Shown here: positions 34,542 through 47,349 of the stretch, one piece after another
Layout of the letters: each line of letters begins with the position of its first letter
Numbering within the stretch: the first letter of the stretch is position 1
NCBI GenBank assembly: GCA_014905635.1
Contig: JABVCE010000024.1
Coordinates: forward strand, 1-64,000
Reading direction: 5' to 3'
From: Scenedesmus sp. PABB004
Lineage: Eukaryota
DNA length: 64,000 nt
The notes under the pieces: model-generated
The model's database searches: none
Seen by the model: the letters and a program-made list of their open reading frames with translations, nothing else
Told to the model about the DNA's origin: nothing
Translations under genes and position numbers: made by a program

Positions 34542-35948
34542 CGCGGCCGCTGCAGCGGCAGGCGCCGCCGTTGAATGGGCAGCCACCGGCTTCCTCGCGC
34601 AGCCGCCGCTGCAGCCGCCGCCGCCGCTGCCGCTGCCGCTGCCCTCCTGCTGTCCTCGAGTGTGCGCGCGGTAATCAGCAGCACCGGCCGGACGATGCGC
34701 GCGGCGGGCTGCGGGAGGCCCGCCGCCGCTGCTGCTGCGGGCCGGCCGCCGCTGCTGTCGCTGCCGCCGCCGCTCACGAGCGAACTCGCACTGTCCGCAT
34801 TGGAGCGTCTGGCCGCGCGTCACCAAATGGGGGTAACGTTTTGGTTGGAAATTCCCAAATGCCCCGACCAAGAACCGCCGGGTGCAAAGCCGCGCAGTCC
34901 GTTCGCTCTCGGCGCACTGCGCATCACGCCCGGCCGCTCCCCAGCGCCGCCGACACGGGAGGCGGCACCTTGAGCAGCTGCGCAAACACGGAGGCAGAGC
35001 GCAGCAGCGCCGCCTGGGTGTCCGCCAGCGCGGCCTGCTGCGCGGCGAGCTGCGCCTGCGTCGCGCGCGCCGCCCGGGAGAGGCCCGCAGTGTCGTCGAC
35101 CAGCGCCGCGACCACGCCCTCCACGCTGCGGCAGGCGCGGCCCTGCGGCACGCGCGCCGCGCGGTCGTCGGCGCGCGGCGCCGGCGGGCGGCGCGCAGCG
35201 CGCGCTGCGCGCGCGGCGCGGCGCGGCGCGCTGCGGCCGGCCGCGCGCACCTGCTGCGCCGCCAGCGCGTCGACCTTGCCCTCCAGCGCCGCCACGACGC
35301 GCAGGGAGGCCTTGGGGCTGGCTGCCTCCGCGCCCTCGAGCCCGCCCAGGCGGCCCGCGAGCGCGGCCGCGCCCGCCTCGCTGCGCTGTACCGCGCCGGC
35401 CAGGTCCGACACCGCAGCGCGCAGGCTCGCGCCCTCCTGCGCCAGACGCGCCAGGTCGGATGCCAGCAGGTCGGTCGCGGCGGCGGCGTCGCGGCGCAGC
35501 GCCGCCGCGCTGGCCTCGACCGCGGCGTCGATGAGGCCCGGCGCGTGCGCGCTGACGCCGGCCGCCACCAGGCGCGGCACGTGCTCGCGCAGCGCCTCGC
35601 GCGCCAGGCCGACGACCTGGCGGCCGCGCCGCGGCGCCCGCGGGCCGCGCGGCGTCAGCAACAGGAGAGGCAAGCGGCGAGCGTCAGCTCCTCGCCCCCC
35701 CCCCCCCCCCGCCCTTCCCCCAACAGCACACACACCTGGCCGCGCTGCGTCGGGTTGAGCGCCGCCGCTGCCGCGTCGTCCGCCGCCGCCGCCTGGCCCC
35801 GCTCCAGCTTGCTCAGCTGCGCGCGCAGGGCGGCGACCTCCCCCCGCAGCGCCTCCAGCCCCTCCTCCGCGCCGCACACTCGCTCGAGCTTGGCGTCCAG
35901 CCGCACCTCCAGGCGGCAGAGCGAGCCGAGCTTGGCCTGCACGCTGTC
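32560..35948. repeat. Direct segmental duplication, copy 2 (~3.39 kb), matching 12878-16337
   Basis: Near-identical to copy 1, with shorter poly-Gln, poly-Ala and (GC)n tracts. Confidence 0.97.
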
Positions 35949-36474
35949 CTCGAGCGCCGCCGCCGCCGCCGCCCAGTCGCTGCGCTCGCGCCGCAGCTCG
36001 GCGCGCTGCGCTGCCAGGACCTCCATCCCCTCCTGCACCGCGCCGGCCAGGCTGGCCAAGGTGACCTGCACCAGGCTGGCCGCGGCGGTAGCGGCTCGGG
36101 CGCGCGCGCGAAGCGGGGGGCCGCCGCGCGGCGCCGCGTTTGCCAGCCTGCACTCACCTGCGCCTCCGCCGCGGCCGCCCTCTCCGCCTCGAGCCCCGTC
36201 AGCTGCGCCAGCTGCAGCAGCTTGTCTACAGCTCCCCGCAGCGAGCCGATGGCCGTCACGAGCGCAGGCCTGCACAGCACGGGGCGCGCGGTCAACGCCC
36301 AAGTCGATTGCGGCACGCCACGCGGTCAAGGCGTGGGTCATGCGCGGCCGCTTCTGCATGCAGCCACCGCCCACAGCCGCCGCCACGGCCTGCTGCTCCG
36401 CACCCGCCGTTGCGCCCCAGCCGGCCGGCGGCGGCGGCCGCGCCGCCGCCGCCGCCGCGCGGCGCTGCGCGCAT
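34924..36474 (-). CDS. Hypothetical coiled-coil protein; start uncertain (about 36360-36474)
   Basis: Spliced helical exons ALVTAIGSLRGAVDKLLQLAQL / VTLASLAGAVQEGMEVLAAQRAELRRE / VVGLAREALREHVPRL / GRACRSVEGVVAALVDD. Confidence 0.65.
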
Positions 36475-36883
36475 GGTGCGCGCCCGTCAGCGCCGGCTGC
36501 GCTGCGCACGGAGATGCGCGCAGCGGAAGTGCGAGCGCACGCAGGTTCGCGCGCCGCTCGCGACGTGCACCGCGGCGGCGCGCGAACCTGCGAACCCTGC
36601 TCGCGCCGCGGCTTACGCGCGCAGCACGCAGCCCCACCGCACACGTGCATCCCCCCGCTGCCGCTGCTGGGTCCCGGTCGATTGCGGCAGCACGCACCGA
36701 ACGCCGCGGCGCCGCCCGCTGCTGCCGACCGCGAACGCCCGTCGATCGCTGCCTGCCTCCAACGCCCACACATCCAAATTCAAACTGTGCGCCGGCCGCG
36801 GCCACCGCATGCCGCCGGGGACGGCTGCCGGCGCGGCGTGAGCGGGCGGCGGGCGGCGCCGCAGCTGTCGCCGGCGCGCCCGC

Positions 36884-39800
36884 ATGCCGGTGCGGGTGCT
36901 CAACGTGGCGGAGAAGCCCAGCGTGGCCAAGGAGGTGTCCCGCATCCTCAGCAATGGCGGCGCGCGCAGCCGGCGCGGCAGGTGGGCCGCCGGCGCCGGC
37001 GCCGCCGCCGCTGCTCCTGCGCGTGCGCGCCCGCCGCGCGCCCCCACGCGGCGGGCACGCGACGGCGGCGCAGGTCGCCGTACAACCCGATCTGGGAGTT
37101 TTGCTACACCATCTCGGGGACGGCGTGCGACATGGTCTTCACGAGCGTGGCGGGGCACCTCATGGAGCTCGAGTTTGCGGGCCACTACCGCCGCTGGCGC
37201 GGCTGCAGCCCGCTGGACCTCTTCAGCGCGCCCGTCGTCAAGGACGTGCCGCCGGTGCGCGGCGGCGCCGCGCGCGGCGCGGCGGCAGGCGCGCGGCGGT
37301 GGCCGCGACCGCGCGCGCGCCGCCGCCGCGCGCCGGCCGACGGGTGCGCCGCGGCCGTGCCGCGCTTGCAGGACAAGGCGCTGCTGAAGGAGCACCTGCA
37401 GCAGCTCGCGCGGCAGTGCAGCTGGCTCGTGCTCTGGCTCGACTGCGACCGCGAGGGAGAGAACATCAGCTTTGAGGTGCGCCCGGCAGCGCGGCGCGCG
37501 GCGCGGCCCGCCCACGCCCCCGCCGCCGCCGCCAGGTTCGGTTTGCGCCCCGCCGGCGCCCGCCGCGCCCCGCCGCGACCCGCCGCCCGCCGCCCGCCGC
37601 CACCGCCTGCGCCGCGCGACGCGCCGGGTCAGGTGCTGCAGGTCTGCACGGCGGCCGCGCCGGCGCTGCGCGTGTCGCGGGCGCGCTTCTCCGCGCTCAT
37701 CCTCCGCGAGCTCGCGCACGCGCTGGCCACGCTCGTCCCGCCCAACGCGGCCGACGCGGCGGCGGTGGACGCACGGCAGGAGATCGACCTGCGCGTCGGC
37801 GCGAGCTTCACGCGCTTCCAGACGCTGCTGCTGCAGGCGCGTGCGCGCGCGTTGACGGCCGCGCCGCGCAGCGCCGCGCCGTTCCGCGCAGCGCCGCGCC
37901 GCGCCGGCCCGCGCACGCCGTGAGCGCCGCGCGCGCCCCTCAACGCCGCGCCGACCCGCGCACCGCCGCAGGAGCGCTTTGACTGGGCGGCGGGGGGCGT
38001 GGAGAAGGACAACCCGGTGCTGAGCTACGGGCCCTGCCAGTTCCCCACGCTCGGCCTCATCGTGCAGCGCGCGTGGTGCGGCGGCGGCGCGCCCGGGGGG
38101 GGGGGGGGGGGCTTGCCGCGCGGCGCGGCGCGTGCGGGAGGGCCCCCGCCGCCCACGCGCCGGCTGCGGCGGTCGCAGGGAGATCCAGTCTCACGTGCCG
38201 GAGCCGTTCTGGACCATCGCCGTCAGCTACCGCCCCGGGCTGCAGGCGCAGCAGGCGCAGCAGGCGCAGCAGGCGCAGCAGGCGCAGCAGCAGGCGCAGC
38301 CGGGCGGCGGCGGCGGCGGCGCGGCGCCGGGGCAGGGCCAGCAGCAGGCGCAGCAGCCGCCGGGCGGCGCGGGGTGCGACTTTGTGTGGGCGCGGGGGCG
38401 CCTGTACGACGAGGCGGCCGCGACTCTGCTGTACGAGGCCTGCGCCGAGGCGCCGACGGCGACCGTCATGCAGGCGCGCCCGCGCCGCGCCGCCCGCGCC
38501 CGCGCTGCGCCCGCGCCGCGCCGCGCGCCATGGGGCGGCCCCGCCGACGCCGCCGCGGCCGCCCACACGCGCCGTACGCGGCGCCGCGCCGCGCAGGTGC
38601 GCGGCCGCGAGACGCACAAGCGCGCGCCGGCGCCGCTCGCGACGCTGGAGATGTGCAAGGCCGCGAGCGGGCTGCTGCGCCTGAGCGGGGAGCGCATCAT
38701 GAAGCTGGCTGAGGAGCTGTACCAGGGCGGGTGGATCAGCTACCCGCGCACAGAGACGGACGGCTACGACCCGGGCATGGACCTGCGCGTGAGTAGAGAG
38801 GGCGTGTGGATAGGGGGTGTGGGTGGGTGGTTGGCGGTGTGGGTGCGGGCGGGTGAGGCGTGTGTGTGTCGGGTGGGGTGAGGGGGCGGTTGAGGGGGCG
38901 CGCGTCAGGGGCGGAGGCAGGGACGGGGCGGCAGCTGCCGCGGCGGCACGCTGTGTGCTCCCCGCCATCACCCCCCCCCCCCCCACCCCCCGCGCGCACC
39001 GCGCGCAGGCGATCGTGGCGGAGCACGTCGGCGACGGCGGCTGGGGCGCCCACGCGGCGGCGATCCTCGCGGGCACCATGTGGAAGCCGCCCCGCCCGGG
39101 GGGCCACGACGACAAGGCCCACCCGCCCATCCACCCCACGCGCTACAGCGCGGGCGAGCACGACTGGAGCCACGGTGCGGGCGTCCTCAACCCCCCGCCC
39201 CCCCCCCCCCGCCCCCGCGCCGCCGCGCCCCCCGTGCCCGCGCCACGCACCCACTCGCCCGCGCCGGCGCCGCCGCCGCCGTTGCTGACGCGCCACGCAC
39301 TCTCCCTCCCTGCCCCACCTGCCCCCGCCCGCCCCGCCCCGCCCCGCCCCGCCCCGCCCGCCCCCCCCCCCCCCCCCCCACACACACACACGCAGACAAG
39401 AAGGCGCTGTACGCGTTTGTGGTGCGCCACTTCCTGGCCAGCTGCTCCAAGGACGCGGTCGGGTTCGAGACGACCGTGGGCATCGACATCGCAGGCGAGG
39501 CGTTCAAGACGACAGGTGGGGCGGGCCCGCGCACGCCGCCCGCCGCACGCCACGCGCCGCGCGCCGCCCGCGCTGCCTCGGCCGCCCCCGCACGCCCGCG
39601 CTCCGGACGCGGCCGCGCCCGGCGCCCTCCCCCTCTCTCTCCAACTCTCTCCCTCTCCCCCTCCACACACACCCACACCCACCAACCATACCCCCCCCCC
39701 CCTCCACCCCCCCCCCCCCCCCCCCCCCGCGCAGGGCTGATGGTCACCGAGCGCAACTGGCTCGACGTCTTCCCCTGGGCCTCCTGGGGCGGCAACGCCC

Positions 39801-42323
39801 ACCTGCCCCACTTTGTCGAGGGCGCCACCTTCACCCCCACCGCGCTGTCGCTGCGCCCCGGCGCGACGGCGCCGCCGCCGCGGCTCGCGGAGCGCGACCT
39901 GATTGCCGCGATGGAGCGGCACGGCATCGGCACCGACGCGACCGTCGCGGGTGCGGCCGGTCGCGCGGTCGCTCGGCACCGCACAACACCCGCGCCGGCG
40001 CGGCGCCGCGTGCAGATCGGGCCGAGCGCGCCGCCCGCGCTGCCCCCACGCCGCCCCCACGCCGCCCGCCGCCTGCTGCCCCTGCGTGCCTGTGTGCGTG
40101 TGCGTGTGCTGTGCTGTGCGTGTGCGCAGAGCACATCCAGAAGCAGCTCGAGCGCGGCTACGCTGTGAAGGACGCGGGGCTGAGCTTCTGGCCCACGCCG
40201 CTGGGGGAGAGCCTCATCAGCGCGTACAGGTGCGTGTATGTGTGGGGTGTGGGGGGGGGGGGTGGGGGGGGTTGTGTGTGTGGGCGTGGGGGGGGGGGGG
40301 GTGGGGGGGGGGGGTCCAGCGCGGTCAGCGCGGCTCGGCGCGGCGGCACACGCGCGCGGGCACGCGCCCCCTCCTCCCTCTCCTCAACAACCCCCCCCCC
40401 CCCCCACACACACACACCCTCCGCGCAGGCGCATGGGGCTGGACAACCTGTGGAAGCCCGACCTCCGCGCGCGCATCGAGGACGGCATCGCACGCATCGC
40501 CGCGGGCGCAGTCACCAAGGACCAGGCGCGGCGCCACGCGGCACGCGCAGCACGCGCAGCACGCGCAGGGCGCGCAGGGCGCGCAGGGCCGGGGCCCCCG
40601 GCAGCGACCACCACCACGCGGCGCCGCGCGCGCTCACCTGCACTCACCCACGCCCGCCCGTCGCGCGGCGGCGTCCCCCCCCCCCTCCTTGGCCCCCCGC
40701 CAGATCCTGGCCCAGGCCATCTCCGCGTTCCGCGTGGACTTCCAGGCCGCGCTGCAGCGCACGCAGGCGCGGCGGCGACGCGCGCGCGCGCGCGCAGACC
40801 GCTGGGCGCGCCGGGCGGCCGCTGCTGGGCCCGCCGCGCGGCTGAGCGCGCGGGGCGCCGCCGCCGCCGCTGCTGGGTGCAGGTGATGGTGGACGAGGTC
40901 GGGCGCTTCTTCGCGCGCCGGGGCCAGGCGGGCCAGCAGGGGCCCGGCGGCGGCGGCGGCGGCGGCCCAGGCGGCGGCGGCCCAGCAGGCGGCGGCGGGC
41001 CGGGCGGCCCCGGCGGCGGCGACGGCGGCGGCGGCTGGGGCTTTGGCGGCGGCGGCGGCGGCGGCCCGGGCGGCCCGGGCGGCCCGGGCGACGACGGCGG
41101 CCCGGGAGGCGGCTTGGGCGGCGGGTGGGCGGCGCCGGCGGCTGCAGCGGCAGTCGCGGGCGGCGCCGAGGGCGAGCCGCTGGGCGCGTGCCCGCGCTGC
41201 GGCAGCGTGCTGATGCTGCTGCCGCCGGCGGGGCCCGCGGCCGGCCCGCGCGTCGCGTGCGGCGCGGCGCCGCTGTGCAGCCACGTGCTGCAGCTCCCCG
41301 CGCGGTCGCGAGCGCCGCGGTGGTCCCCGGGCTGCTGTGCGGGCGCTGCACGCACGGCCAGGTGGCGCAGGTGGAGTGCCGCTTCGTGTTCAGCCTGCTG
41401 CCGCCGGGCCTCTTCCCCTCGCCGCAGCACACCTGCTGCCTGCTGTGCGACCCGGCCGTGTGCCGGCTGCTGGAGCTGTCCGGCGTGCGGCAGCGGCTGG
41501 GCGGCGGCGCCGGCGGCGCCGGCGGCGCGGCGGGCGGGGGCGGCGCGGCGCGCGCGGCGCCAGCAGCCGTCCGCAGCAGCAGCAGGAGCAGCAGCAGCAG
41601 CAGCAGACGTGGCAGGCGCCGCCGCCACGGGCGCGCGGCGCGGTCGCGCCGCCGCCGCCGAGCGCGGGCGGCGGCGGCGCCTCGTTCGACTGGGGCGTCG
41701 GCGAGGCGGCGCGGCAGCGCAAGCAGGGCGGTGGCGCCGCCGGCGCGGGCAGCAGGAAGCGCGGCGCCGCGGGCAGCGCGCCCGGCGCCAGCGGCGGCGT
41801 GAGCAAGCCCCGGGGCAGCGGCGGCTCGCGCGCCAAGGGCGCCCGCGGCGGCAAGGCCAGCAAGGCCGGCGCGGCTGCGGCTGCGGCTGCGGCGGCCGCC
41901 GAGCCGCTCGCGCCCGCGTGGGGCGGCGGCGGCGCCGCGCTGTGCCCGGTGCACGGCGAGCCCTGCCGCGTCGGCACGAGCACGACCGCGCGCAACCCGG
42001 GGCGCCAGTTTGTCAAGTGCGCGCGCCCGGGGCCGGAGGGCGAGGCCTGCCTCAAGTTTGCGTGGGCCGACGAGCTCGGCGCCCAGCAGCCCGGCAGCGG
42101 CGGCGGCGGCTTTGGTGGCGGCAGCCAGGCGCCGGCGCGCGGCGGCGGCAGGGGCCGCGGCGCGGGCGCCGCGCGCGGCCGCGCTCGGGGCAGCAGCACG
42201 CAGGGCGGCGGGGGCTGGCAGGGCAGCGGCGGCGGCTTTGTCTCGGCGACCGGCGCCGCGATGGACTGCTGCCGGCGCTGCGGGCAGCCCGGGCACTGGG
42301 CCAGCAGCTGCCCCAACGGCTGA
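36884..42323 (+). CDS. TOP3A: DNA topoisomerase III alpha with C-terminal GRF zinc finger and CCHC knuckle; 14 exons
   Basis: RVLNVAEKPSVAK, FTSVAGHL, LWLDCDREGENI, SYGPCQFPTLG, GWISYPRTET, AHPPIHPT, HGIGTDAT, NPGRQFVKC, CRRCGQPGHWASSC; two apparent frameshifts near 41300 and 41570. Confidence 0.95.
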
Positions 42324-44036
42324 GCGCGGGGGGCCGCCGCTGCGACGCGGGGCGCGGTTGCGACTCCCGAGCCGGGGCGGCGGCGCTGCGACAGGCGCCC
42401 GCTGGCGGGCGGGACTTGCGGGCCGCCCGCAGCGGTGAACGTGGCATGAGCTGGTTGCATCATCCTCAGCCCCTCGGACCCCTTCGGACCCCCCCCCCCA
42501 CCCACACCCACACCCACACACAGCCGCCGCCGCAACACGCGCGGCACGGGCGATCACAGCGCTTCGTGGCACCCACCAGCGAGCAGCAGATCGCAGCCAG
42601 CCAACAGCCGCGACGACAGGACACGACACGACGGCCAGCTCCAGCTCCCGACCGCCAACCCCCCCCCCCCCCCCACGCACGCGTGCCACCACCATCATCA
42701 TATTCGCAGACAGACACGCGCAGCGTGCGCGATGCAAACAAACGGCCATGCAGGCATGCAGGCGGGCGGGCGGCACGCCGCTTCCCCGGCATGCGTCCCC
42801 CACTGCGCATGCGAGCCGCCGGTGCCCGTGCGTGCGTGTGTGCTTACCACCACCACCACAAGCCAGAAGTCAACAGTGCACACAAAGCGCAGTTCGACCT
42901 CGGTGCTCGCTTGCGGGCCCGCCCGCTCCACGCCCGCCAAGAGCCAACTCCTCCTCCTTGAACCACGAGCCAGCCAGTAATATGTTATGAGCAACGGAGC
43001 CGGCCGCAGCACGGCAAAGGGGCGCAGGCCCAATCGCGGCTGAGCGGCGCGGCCAGGCCAGGCCGGCCGCAGCGCGAGCGAATGCAGCGAATGCAGTGCA
43101 GTCTGTGGTCCGGTGCGCAGTGCGTGCGCGAGCTTCCAGCCCTGCCCATATGCGAGGCGCCTGCGCAAGTGGCGAGTGCTCTCGAACTCTTGCACTCTTT
43201 GGGTGCCCCCCCAGTTGTGAAGAGCAGCGCCAGTTTGTTCGAGGCGCATGCGCGCGGCGGCGGCCCGACCGCGGCGGCCCCGCGCACGCACAAGCGTGGC
43301 GCGTGGCCAGCCAGGCGCGGCGCCGGCGCGCCAAACGCGCAAACGCGCAAACGTGCAGACGTGCAAGCGAGGCGGCTTGACTCTCAGTGCACCCGGTTGA
43401 CGAGTGAGAGGAAAGAATGCGGGTTGAAACGCGCGCGCTGCGGCGCCGTGTTGGGAGAGAGCAAAGGCCCGGTGCCGGGCAAGGGGCTGCGCAGACTGCG
43501 GAGCCTACCGAAGCAAGCAAACCAAGAAACGCGCCTCACACGCAACGAGGCGCTTTCATTCAACGCTCGGGCGGACGACGCCCCAGCGGGCGGTGCAGGG
43601 TGATGCGTGCGGGGCTGCGCGGGGCAGCATGTGAGGGTGCGCGGCCCGCGCCCGGCGGCGGGGCGAGGCCGCAATGGCGGCGGGCGAGGTGAGAGCGCTT
43701 ATCCACGTCGTGCCCAGTTGGGTTGGTGGGCCTGCAAGCATGCATTCAACAACCTCGACCACAAATACAACACAAGCAGCCCGAGCGTGGGGCACGCCGG
43801 CGCCGACTCACTGCAGTGCGGGAAAGCGGGCCGCGGCGCACACGTTGAACCTCGTGGCACAGCCAAAGCACACCGTTCCCTCGAGCTGGCCGGCCTGCCG
43901 TGTTCCGCGCCCAAGCGGCGCCCTACTGCTAGCGGCAGCGCCTGCCCAACAACGCTGGCGCCCCGTGCCTTGTCACGCGCGCGCAGGGATGCAAGAGAGC
44001 GGTCTTGGGAGGGGCGCGGCCAGCTGGCTGGCCTTC

Positions 44037-46410
44037 TTAGGCCAGCATGCGCACCAGCTCGTGCGCGGTCTGCACCTCCGCCTGGCTGCCCGCCATGCTG
44101 AGCTGCAGGCCGCCGCCCACGTGCGCGGAGAGCAGGACCTGGGCACCCGACATCTGGGCGATGGTCTCCAGGTTGACCCCCAGCCGGCACGCGGCGGCCG
44201 GCGCCACGGCCAGCACGCGCTCCTCGCGCGGCGCCGCCGGCGGGCTGGCCCCGCACGCCGGCAGCGGGGCCGCCAGCCCGCCCGGGCTGAGCCATGCCAG
44301 CGGGTCTGGCAGCTGGCGGCAGCTGTCGGGGCTGTCGCTCGGTGGCAGGGCCGTCAGGCCCTGCGCCCGCGCCCCGAGGCAGGCGTCGCCGCCCTGCAGC
44401 TGCACGACGAGCGCCGCCACGGCGCGGCTGGCGGCCTCGCTCGCCGCCGCCGGCGGCGGCGGCGGCGGCGGCGCCGGCATGTGGAGCCAGCCCGCCGCCT
44501 GCGCGGCGTCGGTCGCCGCCTGCTGCGCGTGGCTGGCGCTGAGCACGGCCTCCAGCGTGTGCGCGCACTCAGCTGAGAAAAGGGCGGTGGCGCTGTCGTC
44601 CGCGCTCGCCGGCGCGTCAAACAGGGAGTAGCAGGCGCTCCCGAGCACGCGGCCGGAGAGGTCGCTCAGGCCTGGCAGCAGCGGCCGCGGCGCCGCGACG
44701 GCGGCAAAGCCGCCGTCGCCGCAGGCGCCCAGCCAGCCCCCAAACTCGGCCGCCGCGCAGGCCTCGGCGCCGGCACCGGCGGGGGCGGCGGGCATGGCGG
44801 GCTGGGCGGCGCCCCCGGCCCAGTTGCTGGCGGCGCTCGAGATGCTCGCCAGGCTCGAGATGTTCCCGGGCCAGCTGTGGGCGGCGGTGCCCCAGCCGCC
44901 GTTGCCGCCCCGCTCCTCCGCCAGGTCAGGCAGGGAGGGCAGGTTGCAGCTGTGGCTGTTGACCAGCTCCTGCGGCAGGCACCCGGTCACGGCGAGGAAG
45001 GGCTCCGACCACGTGCGCGTCCGGAAGGGCTCTGACCACGAGCGCTCGCCGGCGCCCGCGGGCGCGCTGCCCAGCCAGCCCGTCACGGCGGCGCCCTGCG
45101 CGGCAGCGGGGAGGGGCGGCGGTGAGCGGCCGGCGTCGCCGGCGCGCGGCGCGCACGCGCTGCAGCGGCGCCCGCGCGCACCTCGCGCCCCAGCATGGGC
45201 AGCAGGTGGACAGGCATGTTGTGGTGGCCGTCCTGGTCGCTGCAGGGCCCCCACAGCGGGGCCGTGTCGCGCAGCGCGTACGCGTCGCCCGCGTCAGCAG
45301 AGTGGGCGCGCTGCTTGATGTTTATGTTGAGGCCCAGCGGCGGCCGCGGCACGCCCGGCTGGCCGCCGCTGTCGCGCTCCTTGGCCTGGCCTGATCTGCC
45401 CCCCCGGCCCCGGTGCCGCCTGCCCTTGCGGGCGAGCCTCGCGCCTGCGGCGGCGTGCGGCGGGCGTCGGAGGGGGCCGTCAGCGGCGCGCGCGGCTGTC
45501 GGCGGCGCAGGGAGGCGGCCCGCGCGGCCGGGCTGCGGCCGGGCTGGGGCTGGCACACGCCCCAGCGGCAGAGAGGGGGGGGGGGGGGCGCCGAACCGCG
45601 CCGCGCCCGTGGCCCACCTGGCGCCTGGCCCGCGGGCGCCTCCGCCGCCTCGGCGGCGGCGGCGGCCGCCGCGGCGGCCTGCAGGGCCGCCGCGTTCTGC
45701 TGGCGCGTGCGGTCGAGCCACTCCACCACGAGCGGCGCCTCGGCGCCCGGCCAGACGTGCTGGCCGTCCAGCGCGTCCAGCGCCGCCACCGCGGCGGCCT
45801 GCTCCCCAAACACCACGATGCCGCAGCCCTTGTGGCGCTTCGCGGTCTGCCACTTGCGGAACAAGTTGATCTCCTGCGGGGGCGGGCCAGGTCAGCCCGC
45901 CGCTGCCGCAGGCCCACGGCGGGACGGCTGGCGGCGGCGCGCTGCGCACGCACCTGCACGCGGCCGAAGCGCCCGAACTCGGCCGCCAGGTCGTCCTCGC
46001 CGATGTGGGGCGGCGCACGTGCGAAGAACACCGCCGTCTCGCCGGGCGGCGGGGCCGGGCGCAAGAACACCGCCGTCTCGCCGGGCGGCGGGGCCGGGCG
46101 CGGCCCCGGCGCGGCGCTGGCGGGCGGGGCCTGCGCGGTCGCGAGCGGGCGGGCGGGCGGGCGCGAGCGGGCGCGCCTCAGCCCCCCGGCGTGCCGAGGT
46201 GCCGGCGCGCCCCGTGGCACGGTGCCGGCACCGACCCGCCCCGCTGGGCGGCGTGGCGCGGCGCGGGGAGGGCGCGGGCGCGCGCAGGGGAGCCATCACG
46301 CCCAACCCGCCTGGCCGTGGCCGCGCCGCGCCCCGCCCGCCGGCGGCGCTGGCCAGCCCCGCGCTCACCGTGGGCTGGGGCGGGTGCATCAGGCAGTGCG
46401 GCGTGACCAT
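44037..46410 (-). CDS. RNA-binding protein with a CELF/FCA-like RRM and a degenerate C-terminal KH-like domain
   Basis: VFFARAPPHIGEDDLAAEFGRFGRVQ/EINLFR..HKGCGIVVF..ALDALDG..WPGAEAPLVVEW; C-terminus NLETIAQMSGAQV..LSMAGSQAEVQTAHELV. Confidence 0.75.
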
Positions 46411-47060
46411 CGTGCTGCTGGCGCGAGCGAGCTCCGGTGCCTGGGCGCCAGCAAGGCTGCCGCGCCCCCGGGTCTACTGACGGCGGCACGGGTGGGCCCG
46501 CGCCAGGGCGGCGCTCTCGGGCCCGTTCTCCGGCACGTCGTCCGGGGCCACACGCTACACGCTCTCGCGTCGCGCTCGTGCGCCGTCTGCTCTAGCCTGC
46601 TACTCCTGGATGCAGCGTCTGGGCTCCCTCTCTGCGGGCGCACGGGCGCGGGGCGCGGCCTGGACGGCGCACGGGCGATCGGAGGGCTTAAGTCGGGATT
46701 TCGCAATCTCGCTGTTCCGTGCCCGCAGCGGCTCGGCCCGGCGCGGATGGCGCTGCCCGCCCCGCGACTCGTTCGTGGCGGGCGGCGGACGCAGCGGCGG
46801 GCCCGGACCGCGACGGGGGCCGTCGGCGCGGGGGCCGGCCCGCGCGCGCGCCACCCGGACGCCGCCCGGGCGCAGCCGCAGCCTTGGCGCCGCCGGGGCT
46901 GAGCGCGGGGCGGCGCCAGCCGGGGCGGCGGCGGCAGCGTCACCGGCCCGGTGCGGCGGCACCGGTCCACGACGCTGCGCGCCGCGCTGGCGGCTCTCTG
47001 GCGGCTCGCGCCGCCAACGGACCGCGCGTGCTGTGCTGGCATCGCCGCGCCCGGCCTGCG

Positions 47061-47125
47061 CGGCGCCGTACGCGGCCCGACGGCGCCGTACGCGGCCCGA
47101 CGGCGCCGTACGCGGCCCGACGGCG
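47061..47125 (+). repeat. 20-bp tandem repeat, 3 copies
   Basis: (cggcgccgtacgcggcccga)3. Confidence 0.9.
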
Positions 47126-47349
47126 CGGCGCGGCGAGCCCGCCGCTGCTGCCCGAACGGCTGGCTCGGCTGAGCGCGGGGGGCCGCTGCTGCGACGCGGG
47201 GCGAGGTTGCAACTCCCCAGCCTCGACCCACGAGTGCGCGTGCGTGCCGCACGGTCACGATCGGCCGGGCGCCGCGCGCACGGCATGCGCCGCGCGGCGG
47301 CGCGCCCCCCTGACTCCCCGCCGCCCCGCCCCGCCCGCGCCGCCGCGGC

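Noticed and set aside
42400..44030. Protein or RNA gene in the TOP3A-RRM interval
   Set aside because: No recognisable domain, splice pattern or tRNA fold; probably UTR and intergenic DNA.
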